Below, piece by piece: positions 20,760-31,001 of a DNA stretch of 64,000 bases. The notes under the pieces were generated by a model. That model was not told the DNA's origin. It saw only the letters and a list, made by a program, of their open reading frames with translations, and did not search any database. The stretch spans positions 184-64,183 of the forward strand of contig CANJDH010000015.1 of assembly GCA_947473125.1 (NCBI GenBank). The letters are read 5' to 3'. The position numbers and the translations under genes are program-made. Numbering within the stretch: position 1 is the first letter of the stretch; each line of letters starts with the position of its first letter. The DNA is from Burkholderiales bacterium. GTDB taxonomy: Bacteria; Pseudomonadota; Gammaproteobacteria; Burkholderiales; JAEUOS01.

Positions 20760-21257
20760 GTGTTGCCAATCACCTCCAGATCACGATCACTTCGATCAAT
20801 TGCGCGTGCCTTTTGGCTCACGGTGGTTTGCACTGGCGCGTTGGCTATCGCCGGCTGTGCCACGCCGTCAAATTCAGGGAGCGTGTACACCCCGGGGCAG
20901 GCACAACGGGAGCAAACGGTACGGATGGGCGTGGTAGAAAGCGTGCGCCAGGTCACAATCGAGAAAGCACCTTCCGGCGTTGGGGCACTGGCGGGCGGAG
21001 TGATCGGCGGCGTAGCCGGTAGCAATGTCGGCGGTGGCAAAGGCGCAACCATTGGTTCCGTTCTCGGCGCAGTTGCCGGCGGCGTGGCGGGGCAAGCTAT
21101 CGAAGGCGGCGTGGGCCGAAAATCCGGCCTTGAAATCACAGTCAAACTTGACAATGGCGAACTGCGCGCCATTACCCAGGAAGCGGACGAGTCGTTCAAA
21201 CCGGGTGAGCGAGTCAGACTGTTGTCCGGCAGCGGCGTAACGCGCGTCAGCCACTAA
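20760..21257 (+). CDS. Glycine-zipper (Rick_17kDa/SlyB-like) outer-membrane lipoprotein
   Basis: AAGGAG lies 6 nt before GTG 20760. The product has the lipobox LAIAGC and the glycine zipper GALAGGVIGGVAGSNVGGGKGATIGSVLGAVAGGVAG. Confidence 0.75.
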   Translation: MLPITSRSRSLRSIARAFWLTVVCTGALAIAGCATPSNSGSVYTPGQAQREQTVRMGVVESVRQVTIEKAPSGVGALAGGVIGGVAGSNVGGGKGATIGSVLGAVAGGVAGQAIEGGVGRKSGLEITVKLDNGELRAITQEADESFKPGERVRLLSGSGVTRVSH

Positions 21258-21475
21258 TGATCCCGGCACACAATGTGCCGCAACCTTGTTCCGATGCCGG
21301 GTAACTGAACAGGCTCAGACGCCGACCTCGCGGTCTGTTGCTCTAGGGTTGACGCGGGCAGCATGTTTGCCCGCCCCTTGCCGCGCATCGCGCGACACGC
21401 ATAGGTGTGCTATCGGCGCAGTGCCCACAGGATCTGGCACCGAGATCGGCGTGCAATCGAAGAGGCGCTTTGGAC

Positions 21476-22051
21476 CTATCGCAATGCTATCAGGACATAG
21501 CTCTGTCCCCTTGCAAGCACGAGCAGCGCAATTTGCAAAAGCACAAACAAGGCCAGCGGGGACAGATCGAAACCGCCCACCATGGGCATGCGCCGGCGTA
21601 GCGGCTTGAGCCATGGCGCGGCAATGGCATCAAGAGCATCGGCGACCGGGCTATCCACGCGAATCCACGAGAGCATCGCGCAGGCTACGGTGAGCCAAAG
21701 CATGAGCGTCAGCACGGTTGTCAACAATCCGAACATCCCGCTGACCAACCAACCCGCAATCATCGAACCTGATTGGAACAAGCTGAACTTTCCGGTCACC
21801 ACGGCGAACAAGGCTGAGAGCCCCAATTCCAATATGACCGCCGCGCCTAGACTTGACCAATCAAGTCCAAATCCACTGCCAATAACCCGTCGCAGCGGCA
21901 GCACGATCCAATCGCTGACCGCGCAAATAAACACCCCGACCGGATTTCGAAACGGCACGCGCACCCATTGCATATGAAAGCGCAGCAGCGTGGCGGGGAC
22001 AAGCAACCAGTACGCCGTCTTGAATACGATACCGAGAACTTCATCCAACAT
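21476..22051 (-). CDS. YggT-family integral membrane protein
   Basis: 191 aa with two YggT-like repeats (FRNPVGVFICAVSDWIVLPLRR and SPVADALDAIAAPWLKPLRR). Confidence 0.8.
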   Translation of the reverse strand: MLDEVLGIVFKTAYWLLVPATLLRFHMQWVRVPFRNPVGVFICAVSDWIVLPLRRVIGSGFGLDWSSLGAAVILELGLSALFAVVTGKFSLFQSGSMIAGWLVSGMFGLLTTVLTLMLWLTVACAMLSWIRVDSPVADALDAIAAPWLKPLRRRMPMVGGFDLSPLALFVLLQIALLVLARGQSYVLIALR

Positions 22052-22188
22052 GAGCGCACCATTTCAAAATGAAAAGTCCGCGAACGAGCTGAATGGTTCC
22101 AGACTCGACTCGCGGACTAAAAAACCCGGTCAATTTTCTGCCCGGGGTATCGCGCAAAGCGCGGAGGCAACCCTCCAGGAGAGCCCCG

Positions 22189-22509
22189 TTAGGGGCGGCT
22201 TCCTGTAGGGAATGGCCATGCCGCCGCCGGGTTCAGCGCCGGGCGTACACCCGGTGCTGCCGCAGTCGATGGCTTGGCCGACGCCGCCGGCTTTGCGGCT
22301 GGCTTTGCTTTAGTGGCCTTTTTCTTTGCCGGCTTCTTCGCAGCTTTCTTTTTGGCTGCTTTCTTAGCCGGTTTTTTCGCCGCTTTCTTTTTTGCCGCTT
22401 TTTTTGCAGGCTTTTTCGCCGCTTTCTTCGCCGCTTTCTTGGCTGGCTTTTTGGCTACTTTTTTCACTGCTTTTTTGGCGGCCTTCTTTGCTGGTTTCTT
22501 TGTTGCCAT
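22189..22509 (-). CDS. Lys/Ala-rich histone H1-like nucleoid protein
   Basis: AGGAG lies 7 nt before ATG 22509. The product is MATKKPAKKAAKKAVKKVAKKPAKKAAKK... with iterated AKKPAKKAAKK units and a non-basic tail NPAAAWPFPTGSRP. Confidence 0.8.
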   Translation of the reverse strand: MATKKPAKKAAKKAVKKVAKKPAKKAAKKAAKKPAKKAAKKKAAKKPAKKAAKKKAAKKPAKKKATKAKPAAKPAASAKPSTAAAPGVRPALNPAAAWPFPTGSRP

Positions 22510-22671
22510 GTCGATCTCCTTCATGTGGTTACGAGAAAACAACTGAGCAAAAAACCCGTCTCTGTCAGCCCGGATTATTCATCGGCGCAAGCGGTGCATC
22601 ATTTCTTGCGCTAATGAATGCCTTACGACCGCGCGGCAACTTGTGAAGCGACTGCCCGCGCGATCTCGTTT

Positions 22672-22713
22672 CCAAAAAAAACGCCGGTGCGAAAGCCGCC
22701 CGGCGTTTTTTCT
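22672..22713. terminator. Bidirectional rho-independent terminator downstream of nrdB
   Basis: An A-tract, the stem AACGCCGG ... CCGGCGTT and a T-tract (CCAAAAAAAACGCCGGTGCGAAAGCCGCCCGGCGTTTTTTCTGG). Confidence 0.7.
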
Positions 22714-22906
22714 GGAAACAATGCTGACCTTCGCATCGGCATTTCGGGCCTCGCGACAGAGATGTAATCCCTGGAGCGCCAAACCCGACCCGTGTGTAAA
22801 GGTCGCATTTATGATCAGTCTACTGTGATCCTGCATTCATTCTCTTTTCAGTACGTTGCCTAAAAAGCCCGACTTCGGTTTACGTCAGATTGGCAGTGCC
22901 CCTGCA

Positions 22907-24106
22907 TCACTCCCAATTAAGCGCACCGCCAGTCTGGTATTCGATGACGCGAGTCTCGAAAAAATTGCGCTCCTTCTTGAGGTCAATCATTTCGCTCATC
23001 CACGGAAATGGATTCTCCTCGTTTGCGAACAGCGGGTCAATACCTATTTGCTGGCAGCGGCGATTCGCGATGTAACGCAAGTACCCCTTGAACATCGGGG
23101 CATTGAGCCCAAGCACGCCACGCGGCATCGTGTCTTCGGCGTATTTGTACTCCAGATCGACGGCCTGTCTGAAAAGCGCGCGGATTTCCTCGCGGAACTC
23201 AGCGGTCCAGAGATGCGGATTCTCCATCTTGATGGTGTTCACCAGGTCAATGCCGAAATTGCAGTGCATCGACTCGTCGCGCAGAATGTATTGATACTGC
23301 TCGGCAGCGCCCGTCATCTTGTTCTGGCGGCCAAGCGCAAGAATTTGTGCGAATCCGACGTAAAAAAACAGGCCTTCCATCAAGCACGAGAAAACGATCA
23401 GGCTCTTCAGCAGGCTCTGGTCGTTTTCCATCGTACCTGTCTTGAAGTTCGGATCCGTGAGGGTGTCAATGAACGGGATCAGAAATTCATCCTTGTCGCG
23501 AATCGATGAAACCTCGTGGTAGGCATTGAATATTTCGGCCTCATCAAGCCCCAGGCTCTCGACGATGTATTGGTACGCGTGCGTGTGAATCGCCTCTTCA
23601 AAAGCCTGCCTCAGCAAATACTGCCGGCATTCAGGTGCCGTAATGTGTCGGTAGGTACCCAGCACAATGTTGTTTGCCGCGAGACTGTCCGCAGTCACGA
23701 AAAACCCCAGATTGCGCTTGATTACGCGCCGCTCATCCTCTGTGAGCCCTTTGGGGTCCTTCCAAAGCGCTATGTCGCGATTCATGTTGATCTCCTGCGG
23801 CATCCAGTGATTCGCGCAGGAATCCAGATACTTTTGCCAAGCCCATTTGTACTTGAACGGCACCAACTGGTTGACGTCTGTCGACCCGTTGATGATGCGC
23901 TTGTCTGCAGCGTTTACGCGACGCTCGTCAGGCGCAGCCAATTGACTCAAGGCTGCATGTGCTTCCCGACCACCAGGCATACCCGCCAACGGTGCTGCGG
24001 GAAGTGCCGGCGAAAAAGACTGCAGTCCCAACATTGGAGACATCATGCCCGCACCGGGTCGAGCCCCCGGCATAATGGCCTCATCTTCAAAATTCAACAT
24101 ATCCAC
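22907..24106 (-). CDS. nrdB: Class Ia ribonucleotide reductase beta subunit NrdB
   Basis: The product has di-iron/tyrosyl radical motifs ([14 protein letters not shown]) and lies downstream of nrdA. Confidence 0.96.
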   Translation of the reverse strand: MDMLNFEDEAIMPGARPGAGMMSPMLGLQSFSPALPAAPLAGMPGGREAHAALSQLAAPDERRVNAADKRIINGSTDVNQLVPFKYKWAWQKYLDSCANHWMPQEINMNRDIALWKDPKGLTEDERRVIKRNLGFFVTADSLAANNIVLGTYRHITAPECRQYLLRQAFEEAIHTHAYQYIVESLGLDEAEIFNAYHEVSSIRDKDEFLIPFIDTLTDPNFKTGTMENDQSLLKSLIVFSCLMEGLFFYVGFAQILALGRQNKMTGAAEQYQYILRDESMHCNFGIDLVNTIKMENPHLWTAEFREEIRALFRQAVDLEYKYAEDTMPRGVLGLNAPMFKGYLRYIANRRCQQIGIDPLFANEENPFPWMSEMIDLKKERNFFETRVIEYQTGGALNWE

Positions 24107-24243
24107 TCCTGTCGATTAACTTTGGATTCGTGTTATGGGTGTCAAAAGATTTATTGCTGACAGCTTCCGTTCCAACTTCAGCGACTTTGACGTCCTGTTA
24201 TAGGTGTCGTGCAACAAGGTCCATCAACAACGTGCCAAAGGAA

Positions 24244-27204
24244 TTACTGACAGGCTTCACATTCGTCGAACCCGGGGTCGCCGGGGCGAAGCATGCATGC
24301 CTGACCAACCAACTCTCCTTCTGTCGGTGCAAGTACTGACTGCATGGCCATCGGTGATGCGCTGGCCCCCGTCATCCCTCCATCGCTTGTCACAGCATTC
24401 AGATGGCCGGTCTTGACCGTCGATTTCTCGGCATTCGAAGCGCCCAACGTTCGAAGGTAATAGGTCGTCTTGAGCCCCCTCAACCATGCGAGCTTGTAGG
24501 TATCGTCGAGTCGCTTTCCCGAGGCGCCCGCCATGTAGATATTGAGGGACTGGGCCTGATCAATCCACTTCTGGCGGCGCGCTGCCGCTTCGACGATCCA
24601 TTTCGGATCGACCTCAAATGCGGTCGCATAGAGGTTGCGGATTTCCGGGGGAACGCGATCTATCTTGGCAAGCGAACCGTCGAAATACTTGAGGTCAGCA
24701 ATCATGACCGAATCCCACAAACCGATCCGCTTCAGATCCCTGACCAGATATTCGTTCACAACCGTAAACTCGCCTGACAGGTTCGATTTGACGTAAAGAT
24801 TTTGATAGGTTGGTTCAATGCACGCCGACACGCCGATAATGTTGGAAATGGTTGCGGTCGGAGCGATCGCCACGCAGTTCGAGTTACGCATTCCATGTTG
24901 GCGAATTCGCAACCGCAATGCGTCCCAATCAAGCGTGGTTGATTCGTCTACGTCGACGTAACCGCCGCGTTCATCGCGCAATAGCCGAATCGTGTCATGT
25001 GGAAGGATGTCGCGGTCCCACAGCGATCCCTTGTAGCTTGAATAGCGACCACGCTCCTCGGCCAAATCGGTAGACGCCGTATAAGCGTGATAGCAGACCG
25101 CTTCCATGGAACGATCCGCAAATTCAATCGCCTCCTGAGAGGCATAAGGGATGCGCAGCTCATGCAGGCAATCCTGGAACGACATGATGCCCAGTCCGAC
25201 GGGGCGGTGCTTCGCGTTCGAATTTCGCGCCTTATTGACGGCGTAGTAGTTGATGTCGATGACGTTGTCAAGCATGCGCATCGCGATGCCAATGGTTCTC
25301 TTGAGCTTGGCCTGATCAAGCTTGCCGTCTTTCAAGTGTGCGCGCAGGTTCACCGAGCCCAGATTGCACACCGCGATTTCCTCGCTATTAGTGTTGAGGG
25401 TAATTTCAGTACACAAATTGGAGGAGTGCACCACACCGACATGCGATTGGGGGGAGCGAATGTTGCATGCATCTTTCCAGGTCAACCAGGGGTGCCCGGT
25501 TTCGAACAACATCGACAGCATCTTGCGCCATATCGAAACGGCCGGCACTTTCTTGAAAAGCTTATGCTCCCCGCCGGCGACCTTCGCTTCGTAACCGATG
25601 TAAGCCTTTTCAAACGCCTTGCCGAACTTGTCGTGCAGGTCGGGCACGTCGGATGGGGAAAACAGGGTCCATTCGCCGTTTTCCATCACCCGCTTCATGA
25701 ACAAATCCGGGATCCAGTTTGCGGTGTTCATGTCGTGGGTTCGGCGGCGATCGTCGCCGGTGTTTTTGCGCAGTTCAAGAAACTCTTCAATGTCGAGGTG
25801 CCAGGTCTCGAGATAGGCGCACACCGCCCCTTTGCGCTTGCCGCCCTGATTGACCGCCACCGCCGTGTCATTGACCACTTTAAGGAACGGAACCACGCCC
25901 TGGCTCTTGCCGTTTGTGCCCTTGATGTGGCTGCCGAGCGCACGCACCGGAGTCCAATCATTGCCGAGCCCGCCGGCGAACTTGGACAGCAGGGCATTTT
26001 CCTTGATGGCTTCGTAAATGCCGTCCAGATCGTCTGCCACCGTCGTCAAATAACACGAGGACAACTGCGAACGCAAGGTACCCGAGTTAAACAGGGTCGG
26101 TGTTGACGACATGAAGTCAAAACTCGACATGATTTCGTAAAACTCGATCGCGCGCGCCTCGCGCTCGACTTCATTTAGCGCCAGGCCCATGGCAACCCGC
26201 ATGAAAAACGCCTGCGGGAGTTCAATCCGCTTTTCCTGGATGTGCAGGAAATAGCGATCGTAAAGAGTCTGCAACCCGAGGTATTCGAACTGCTGGTCGC
26301 GCCGTGCTACCAACGCCTTCCCCAACTTCTGCAAGTCATACTGACCCAGCCGTTCGTCAAGCAGCTCCGCATTGATACCGCGCTGGATGAACCCCGGGAA
26401 GTAATCCGCGTACCCCTTTTCCATGTCTGACTGGGACACTTCCTTGCCGAGCACTTCAAGGCGAATGTCGTGCAGCAACAGCCGGGCGGTGGCGTAGCCG
26501 TAGGCAGGATCCGCCTCAATCAAGGTACGCGCCGAAAGTACCAGCGACTTGCGCACCTCTGCGGCGGGTACCCCGTCGTACAGATTCTTGATGGCAGATT
26601 CCAGGATCAGGGCGCCACTGGCCTCGGGCAACCCTTCGCACGCCGAATCAAGTAACGCCTGCAATCTGGCGGCATCAAGCGGCACGCGTCGGCCAGTGTC
26701 ATCCACCATCACCAATCCGGGCTCCAACATGGTTGGCGGCGTACGGTCCTTGGCTTTTGCGCGCTCTTCCGAGCGACGCTCGCGATACAGCACATAGGCA
26801 CGCGCCACCTCATGCTCACCCGATCGCATCAAGGACAGTTCGACTTGATCCTGAACATCCTCGATATGAAAGGTTCCGCCGGCGGGTTGGCGCCGCATCA
26901 GGGCTCCCACGACGTTGTCGGTCAAAGCCGCCACAACTTCGCGAATCCGCGCGGAAGCAGCCCCCTGTCCACCACTGATAGCCAAAAAGGCCTTGGTCAT
27001 TGCAATCGTGATTTTCGACGGCTCGAAAGGGACAACTGCTCCATTCCTCCTGATGACCTTGAATTGGGAGAACTGTGACGCTGCGTCAGTCGAACCCGGC
27101 ACGGCTATCGCGCCATGCGTCATTGGAGCGAGCACGCCGCTCGCCGTACCGCTCGTGAAAGTCGATTGCATGGACCCTGAGTCTCCTATTTTTGATTGAG
27201 CCAA
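24244..27204 (-). CDS. nrdA: Class Ia ribonucleotide reductase alpha subunit NrdA
   Basis: 986 aa with an N-terminal ATP-cone region, the catalytic NLCTEI motif and a C-terminal Cys pair (CEAC). Confidence 0.97.
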   Translation of the reverse strand: MAQSKIGDSGSMQSTFTSGTASGVLAPMTHGAIAVPGSTDAASQFSQFKVIRRNGAVVPFEPSKITIAMTKAFLAISGGQGAASARIREVVAALTDNVVGALMRRQPAGGTFHIEDVQDQVELSLMRSGEHEVARAYVLYRERRSEERAKAKDRTPPTMLEPGLVMVDDTGRRVPLDAARLQALLDSACEGLPEASGALILESAIKNLYDGVPAAEVRKSLVLSARTLIEADPAYGYATARLLLHDIRLEVLGKEVSQSDMEKGYADYFPGFIQRGINAELLDERLGQYDLQKLGKALVARRDQQFEYLGLQTLYDRYFLHIQEKRIELPQAFFMRVAMGLALNEVEREARAIEFYEIMSSFDFMSSTPTLFNSGTLRSQLSSCYLTTVADDLDGIYEAIKENALLSKFAGGLGNDWTPVRALGSHIKGTNGKSQGVVPFLKVVNDTAVAVNQGGKRKGAVCAYLETWHLDIEEFLELRKNTGDDRRRTHDMNTANWIPDLFMKRVMENGEWTLFSPSDVPDLHDKFGKAFEKAYIGYEAKVAGGEHKLFKKVPAVSIWRKMLSMLFETGHPWLTWKDACNIRSPQSHVGVVHSSNLCTEITLNTNSEEIAVCNLGSVNLRAHLKDGKLDQAKLKRTIGIAMRMLDNVIDINYYAVNKARNSNAKHRPVGLGIMSFQDCLHELRIPYASQEAIEFADRSMEAVCYHAYTASTDLAEERGRYSSYKGSLWDRDILPHDTIRLLRDERGGYVDVDESTTLDWDALRLRIRQHGMRNSNCVAIAPTATISNIIGVSACIEPTYQNLYVKSNLSGEFTVVNEYLVRDLKRIGLWDSVMIADLKYFDGSLAKIDRVPPEIRNLYATAFEVDPKWIVEAAARRQKWIDQAQSLNIYMAGASGKRLDDTYKLAWLRGLKTTYYLRTLGASNAEKSTVKTGHLNAVTSDGGMTGASASPMAMQSVLAPTEGELVGQACMLRPGDPGFDECEACQ

Positions 27205-27361
27205 TGGCGCGCGCTGCGCTGGATTCCCAACCTGTCGCGCATGACCACCATATCAGCCATGCTCACCACAACATGTAGTGTTGGTGGCCATACTAAGAAC
27301 TAAGTCTAGTATAGGAAAACCCGACTGGCAAGCGCTTTTGTCATGGGCGGGCGGTTGACTT

Positions 27362-27967
27362 TCAGGCCAATCTGCGAAACCGTTGCGGCAGGCCGCTTTG
27401 CACCATGAAGCGTCGCCAATCAAACGCTTGCCCGGGATCAGTTTTGCGGCCCGGCGCAATCTCGCTGTGCCCGCACACGCCTTGGATCGAAGGATAACGT
27501 CCGATCAAGGCGCGGTTCAATGCCGCAAGACGGCGGTATTGCTTCAGCGTGTACGGATGCTCGTCGGTGCCCTCAAGTTCTATCCCGACGGAAAAATCGT
27601 TGCAGCGCCCACGCCTCCGCCACGAGGAAACGCCCGCATGCCACGCACGGTGGTCGGTACTCACAAATTGGGTCAAGGCGCCGGTGCGGGAAATAAAAAA
27701 ATGTGCGGAGACTTTCAATGCCGCAATGCCTGCGTAGTAGGGATGGTCCATCGCACTTAAGGTGTTGGTAAACAATCGCTCCACCGCATCTCCGCCAAAT
27801 CTTCCGGGCGGCAGGCTGATGTTGTGTATGACGACCAACTCCACCCGAGTCCCCGCAGGTCTGTCATCGGCATTGGGAGAAGGCACGCGCCTGGCACGGG
27901 CATGCCAGCCCGCATCCGTGAACACACCGGTGCGTACCGGTGATATGAAAAGCGCGCCTGAACCCAC
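27362..27967 (-). CDS. ampD: 1,6-anhydro-N-acetylmuramyl-L-alanine amidase AmpD
   Basis: Amidase_2 pattern (VVIHNISLPPGRFGG, RAWHAGVSSW, GHSEIAPGRKTDPG). Confidence 0.9.
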   Translation of the reverse strand: MGSGALFISPVRTGVFTDAGWHARARRVPSPNADDRPAGTRVELVVIHNISLPPGRFGGDAVERLFTNTLSAMDHPYYAGIAALKVSAHFFISRTGALTQFVSTDHRAWHAGVSSWRRRGRCNDFSVGIELEGTDEHPYTLKQYRRLAALNRALIGRYPSIQGVCGHSEIAPGRKTDPGQAFDWRRFMVQSGLPQRFRRLA

Positions 27968-27973
27968 GGCCCG

Positions 27974-29347
27974 CTACTCGATCCCGAGACGCTGCAGCCG
28001 GTAGCGCAGGGATCGAAACGTGACCCCAAGAGAACGGGCGGCGGCCGTACGGTTCTGTCCGGCTCGTTCAAGCGCCTCGTTGATCGCAATGCGCTCCATC
28101 TGATCAAGATATTCCTGCAGGGATATCCCCTGCGCCAACGCACCCTTCCGGCCAATTTCCGGCACTGCGTTCTCCGCCGGGTGCGGCGTCAGCCGCAGAT
28201 CCTCGGGATGAATGACATCTCCGGCGGTCAACGCGAGCGCTCGCTCGAGGATGTTTTCAAGCTCCCTTACGTTGCCTGGGAAGTCATACCCGGCAAGGCA
28301 CGCGAGCGTGTCGTCCGGCAGCGTCGGAAGCCGTCTGCCCGGACCCGACAATCGGCCAAGAATGGCAGCGGCAAGCACGGGGACATCCTCTGGACAATCG
28401 CGCAGAGAAGGCATGTTGACGTCAATTACGTTCAACCGATAGAGCAGATCTTGTCGAAACGTGCCCTCGGACACCCGCCTTTCCAGTCGCTGGTGGGTGG
28501 CGCTCACGATGCGCACGTCCATGGACTCCTCAGCGGTGCTTCCAACTTTGCGTACCCGCCGCTCCTGGATCACCCTGAGCAATTTGACCTGCATCGAGAG
28601 CGGCAGGTCGGCAACTTCGTCCAAAAACAGCGTGCCACCTTCGGCCGCCTGGAAAAAACCATCACGGTCCGCTTCCGCACCGGTGAAGGAACCCTTGCGG
28701 TAGCCAAAAAATTCGCTCTCCATCAGGTTCTCGGGGATGGCGCCGCAATTAACTGGCACAAACATGCCCGAACGCCCGCTCAAGGCATGCAACCGTCGTG
28801 CGGCCAGTTCCTTACCGGTACCCGATTCGCCGCCGATATGCACTGGCGCGGTACCCCGCGCGACGCGATCGATCAAGTTCCGGACTTCGGCAATGGCCGC
28901 GCTTTGCCCGATAAGCTCGCGGCCGCCTTGCGATCCGGGTGCGCCAGCTGCCGTATCAGGCGTTCGCAGTGCTGATTTGACCAGCGCACGCAACTGATCG
29001 AGTCCGACCGGCTTCGCCAGGTAGTCGAACGCGCCTGCCTTCAATGCTGCGATCGCATTGTCGGTACTTCCGTATGCGGTGATCACGGCAACCGGAACAT
29101 TCGTCCCGGTTTCGTGAATGTGTCTGACAAGGTCGAGGCCGTCGCCATCCGACATGCGCATGTCCGTCAAACACAAATCATAGCGATGCGACTTGAGCAG
29201 GGCCTTTGCCGCGAGGACGCCGTCGGCGAGATCCACGCCAAGACCCATGCGAATCAGTGTCAACTCAAGCAGTTCGCGCAAGTCGGCCTCATCGTCGACC
29301 ACAAGCACTCTCGGCGGCGACTTGACAGATCGCGCTTCACTCGCCAT
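27974..29347 (-). CDS. Sigma-54-dependent response regulator (PilR-like, NtrC family)
   Basis: The product has a receiver domain (VLVVDDE...DMRMSDGDG) and an AAA+ domain with GESGTGKE. It also has a GSFTGA variant of the GAFTGA loop and a C-terminal Fis-type HTH. Confidence 0.9.
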   Translation of the reverse strand: MASEARSVKSPPRVLVVDDEADLRELLELTLIRMGLGVDLADGVLAAKALLKSHRYDLCLTDMRMSDGDGLDLVRHIHETGTNVPVAVITAYGSTDNAIAALKAGAFDYLAKPVGLDQLRALVKSALRTPDTAAGAPGSQGGRELIGQSAAIAEVRNLIDRVARGTAPVHIGGESGTGKELAARRLHALSGRSGMFVPVNCGAIPENLMESEFFGYRKGSFTGAEADRDGFFQAAEGGTLFLDEVADLPLSMQVKLLRVIQERRVRKVGSTAEESMDVRIVSATHQRLERRVSEGTFRQDLLYRLNVIDVNMPSLRDCPEDVPVLAAAILGRLSGPGRRLPTLPDDTLACLAGYDFPGNVRELENILERALALTAGDVIHPEDLRLTPHPAENAVPEIGRKGALAQGISLQEYLDQMERIAINEALERAGQNRTAAARSLGVTFRSLRYRLQRLGIE

Positions 29348-31001
29348 TCAAGGAATCCCTGCCAGATTCAAATCGACGCTCCTCAAAGGTCACCCGGAAC
29401 TTGGCTCCAGCAGGCTCAGAGTAGACACTCTCCTCATCACCCCGTTCGCTCGCCGGCACAAACTCAAGCAACGCCTGATTGGCGGCTGCCAGTTCCCTTG
29501 CAATGTAAAGACCCAGTCCAGTACCTTTGGAGTCCGTGGTGAAAAAAGGCTCAAACACCTGCGCCGCGTTGGCTTCCGAAATACCGGGTCCATCATCCAC
29601 CACCCCGAGTTCGACAATTCCGCCCACTCGAGTCAACACGGTCAAGTGTACACATGCCTGACCTTTGCGCGAATGCCTCCAGGCGTTGGTCACCAGGTTC
29701 CAGAGAATCTGGTGCAGGTGCTGACGATCAAAGTACACGCTGGAGTCGAGCGGCAAGTGCAACAGGAAGGCCCCCGCGGGGATCCCTTCGCTGGCACAAA
29801 TCTGCTCGACGAACCCCTGCAGGAAATCCGCAAGCCGAATCGCCTCGGGAGAAGCGCGATCGCGTCGGTTCAACTGCAAGACCTCCCTCACGATGCGATC
29901 AAGCCGGGCCGCATTCTCCACGATGATTCGAGTCAGGCGGGCCGCTGCCGGAGCACTGTCTTCATTGAGCAATTCAGCCGCATGGTTGATGGCCGATAAA
30001 GGATTGCGAATCTCATGCGCGATATTTGCCGTAAGCCGGCCCAATGCTGCCAGCTTGAGTTGCTGCGCCTGCTCCCGCAAGCGTCCCGAGTCTTCGAGGA
30101 AGATCAGACAATCCCCTTGCTCACCGCCGGCCGCATCGAGCAATCGGATCTGGATATCGCGCCCTCCCAGGGTGACTTGCGTGCGTGCCGATCCGACTGA
30201 CGCGCGCCATTGCTGGTTCGCGACTTGGAGTGCCGGCGCCGTGGATTGAAGATAATCTCCCGCCAAAGACTGACGGCCCAATAATCGTTCCGCTTCGGGA
30301 TTGGCCAAACGGACTTTTCCGTGTGCGTCGATGGCAAGCACGCCGGTAGGCATGTCGCGGATGACGAGGCGATTGATCTCAAGCTGGTTACGCAAGTCTG
30401 CGGAGCGCTGGCGCACCAACTGTTCGTTGGCCACCAAGCGACGCGCCAACCGATTGGTGACCAGTGAAACCGCAAAGCAGCCTGCAGCCATCAGCCCCGA
30501 CGGAAGGTAATCAGCAAGCCCAATCTCGTACTGTAGGACCCAGTAGGTATTCTCGACCAGCAGGGCAAACGTGGCGAGCGCGGCAAAGAACATCGACATG
30601 CGCCCGCGGGAAACCGATGCGGCCGCTGCCAGCGGCATCAGCAACAGAATGCCCAATCCCGAGCGGATGCCACCGCTGGCATGCAGCAGCAGTGCCACGA
30701 CGACGATGTCGGTCACCGCCTGCACCGCCAGGTGCGCAGCGAAAACCGTGCGGACTTTCTTGAGCGCCCACCAAAAGCAAAGCGACAGAAGAAAATAGAC
30801 AATTACCGTCTTGTAAAAAAGGCTTGGGTCGGAGGCGCCGAATGCGCGTCCATCGCGATACAGCAGGATCACTGCCAGCAATACCCCGGCGAGGATCATC
30901 CTCGAAATATTGAATAACCCCAACGACTTCCAGAAGGCCTCCGGAACCGGTCCGCCACTGGGTTTGGGAACAACGCTCGAGTTCGCAAGCGCGCCCATCA
31001 T
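29337..31001 (-). CDS. Sensor histidine kinase (PilS-like, polytopic N-terminus)
   Basis: The product has about six N-terminal TM segments, the H-box HEIRNPLSAI and HATPase_c motifs (DDGPGI, GTGLGL). It overlaps the response-regulator gene by 11 nt. Confidence 0.85.
   Translation of the reverse strand: MMGALANSSVVPKPSGGPVPEAFWKSLGLFNISRMILAGVLLAVILLYRDGRAFGASDPSLFYKTVIVYFLLSLCFWWALKKVRTVFAAHLAVQAVTDIVVVALLLHASGGIRSGLGILLLMPLAAAASVSRGRMSMFFAALATFALLVENTYWVLQYEIGLADYLPSGLMAAGCFAVSLVTNRLARRLVANEQLVRQRSADLRNQLEINRLVIRDMPTGVLAIDAHGKVRLANPEAERLLGRQSLAGDYLQSTAPALQVANQQWRASVGSARTQVTLGGRDIQIRLLDAAGGEQGDCLIFLEDSGRLREQAQQLKLAALGRLTANIAHEIRNPLSAINHAAELLNEDSAPAAARLTRIIVENAARLDRIVREVLQLNRRDRASPEAIRLADFLQGFVEQICASEGIPAGAFLLHLPLDSSVYFDRQHLHQILWNLVTNAWRHSRKGQACVHLTVLTRVGGIVELGVVDDGPGISEANAAQVFEPFFTTDSKGTGLGLYIARELAAANQALLEFVPASERGDEESVYSEPAGAKFRVTFEERRFESGRDSLNGE

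Noticed and set aside
22093-22614. 173-aa plus-strand Phe/Leu-rich ORF opposite the histone H1-like gene.
   Set aside because: It is the complement of Lys/Ala codon repeats. The minus-strand gene has a strong RBS, a start codon and a known protein class.
27296-27314. Second NrdR box expected about 31 bp from the candidate box in the nrdA leader.
   Set aside because: The best candidates (ACTAAGTCTAGTATAG and ACCACCATATCAGCCA) match only about half of the consensus positions.
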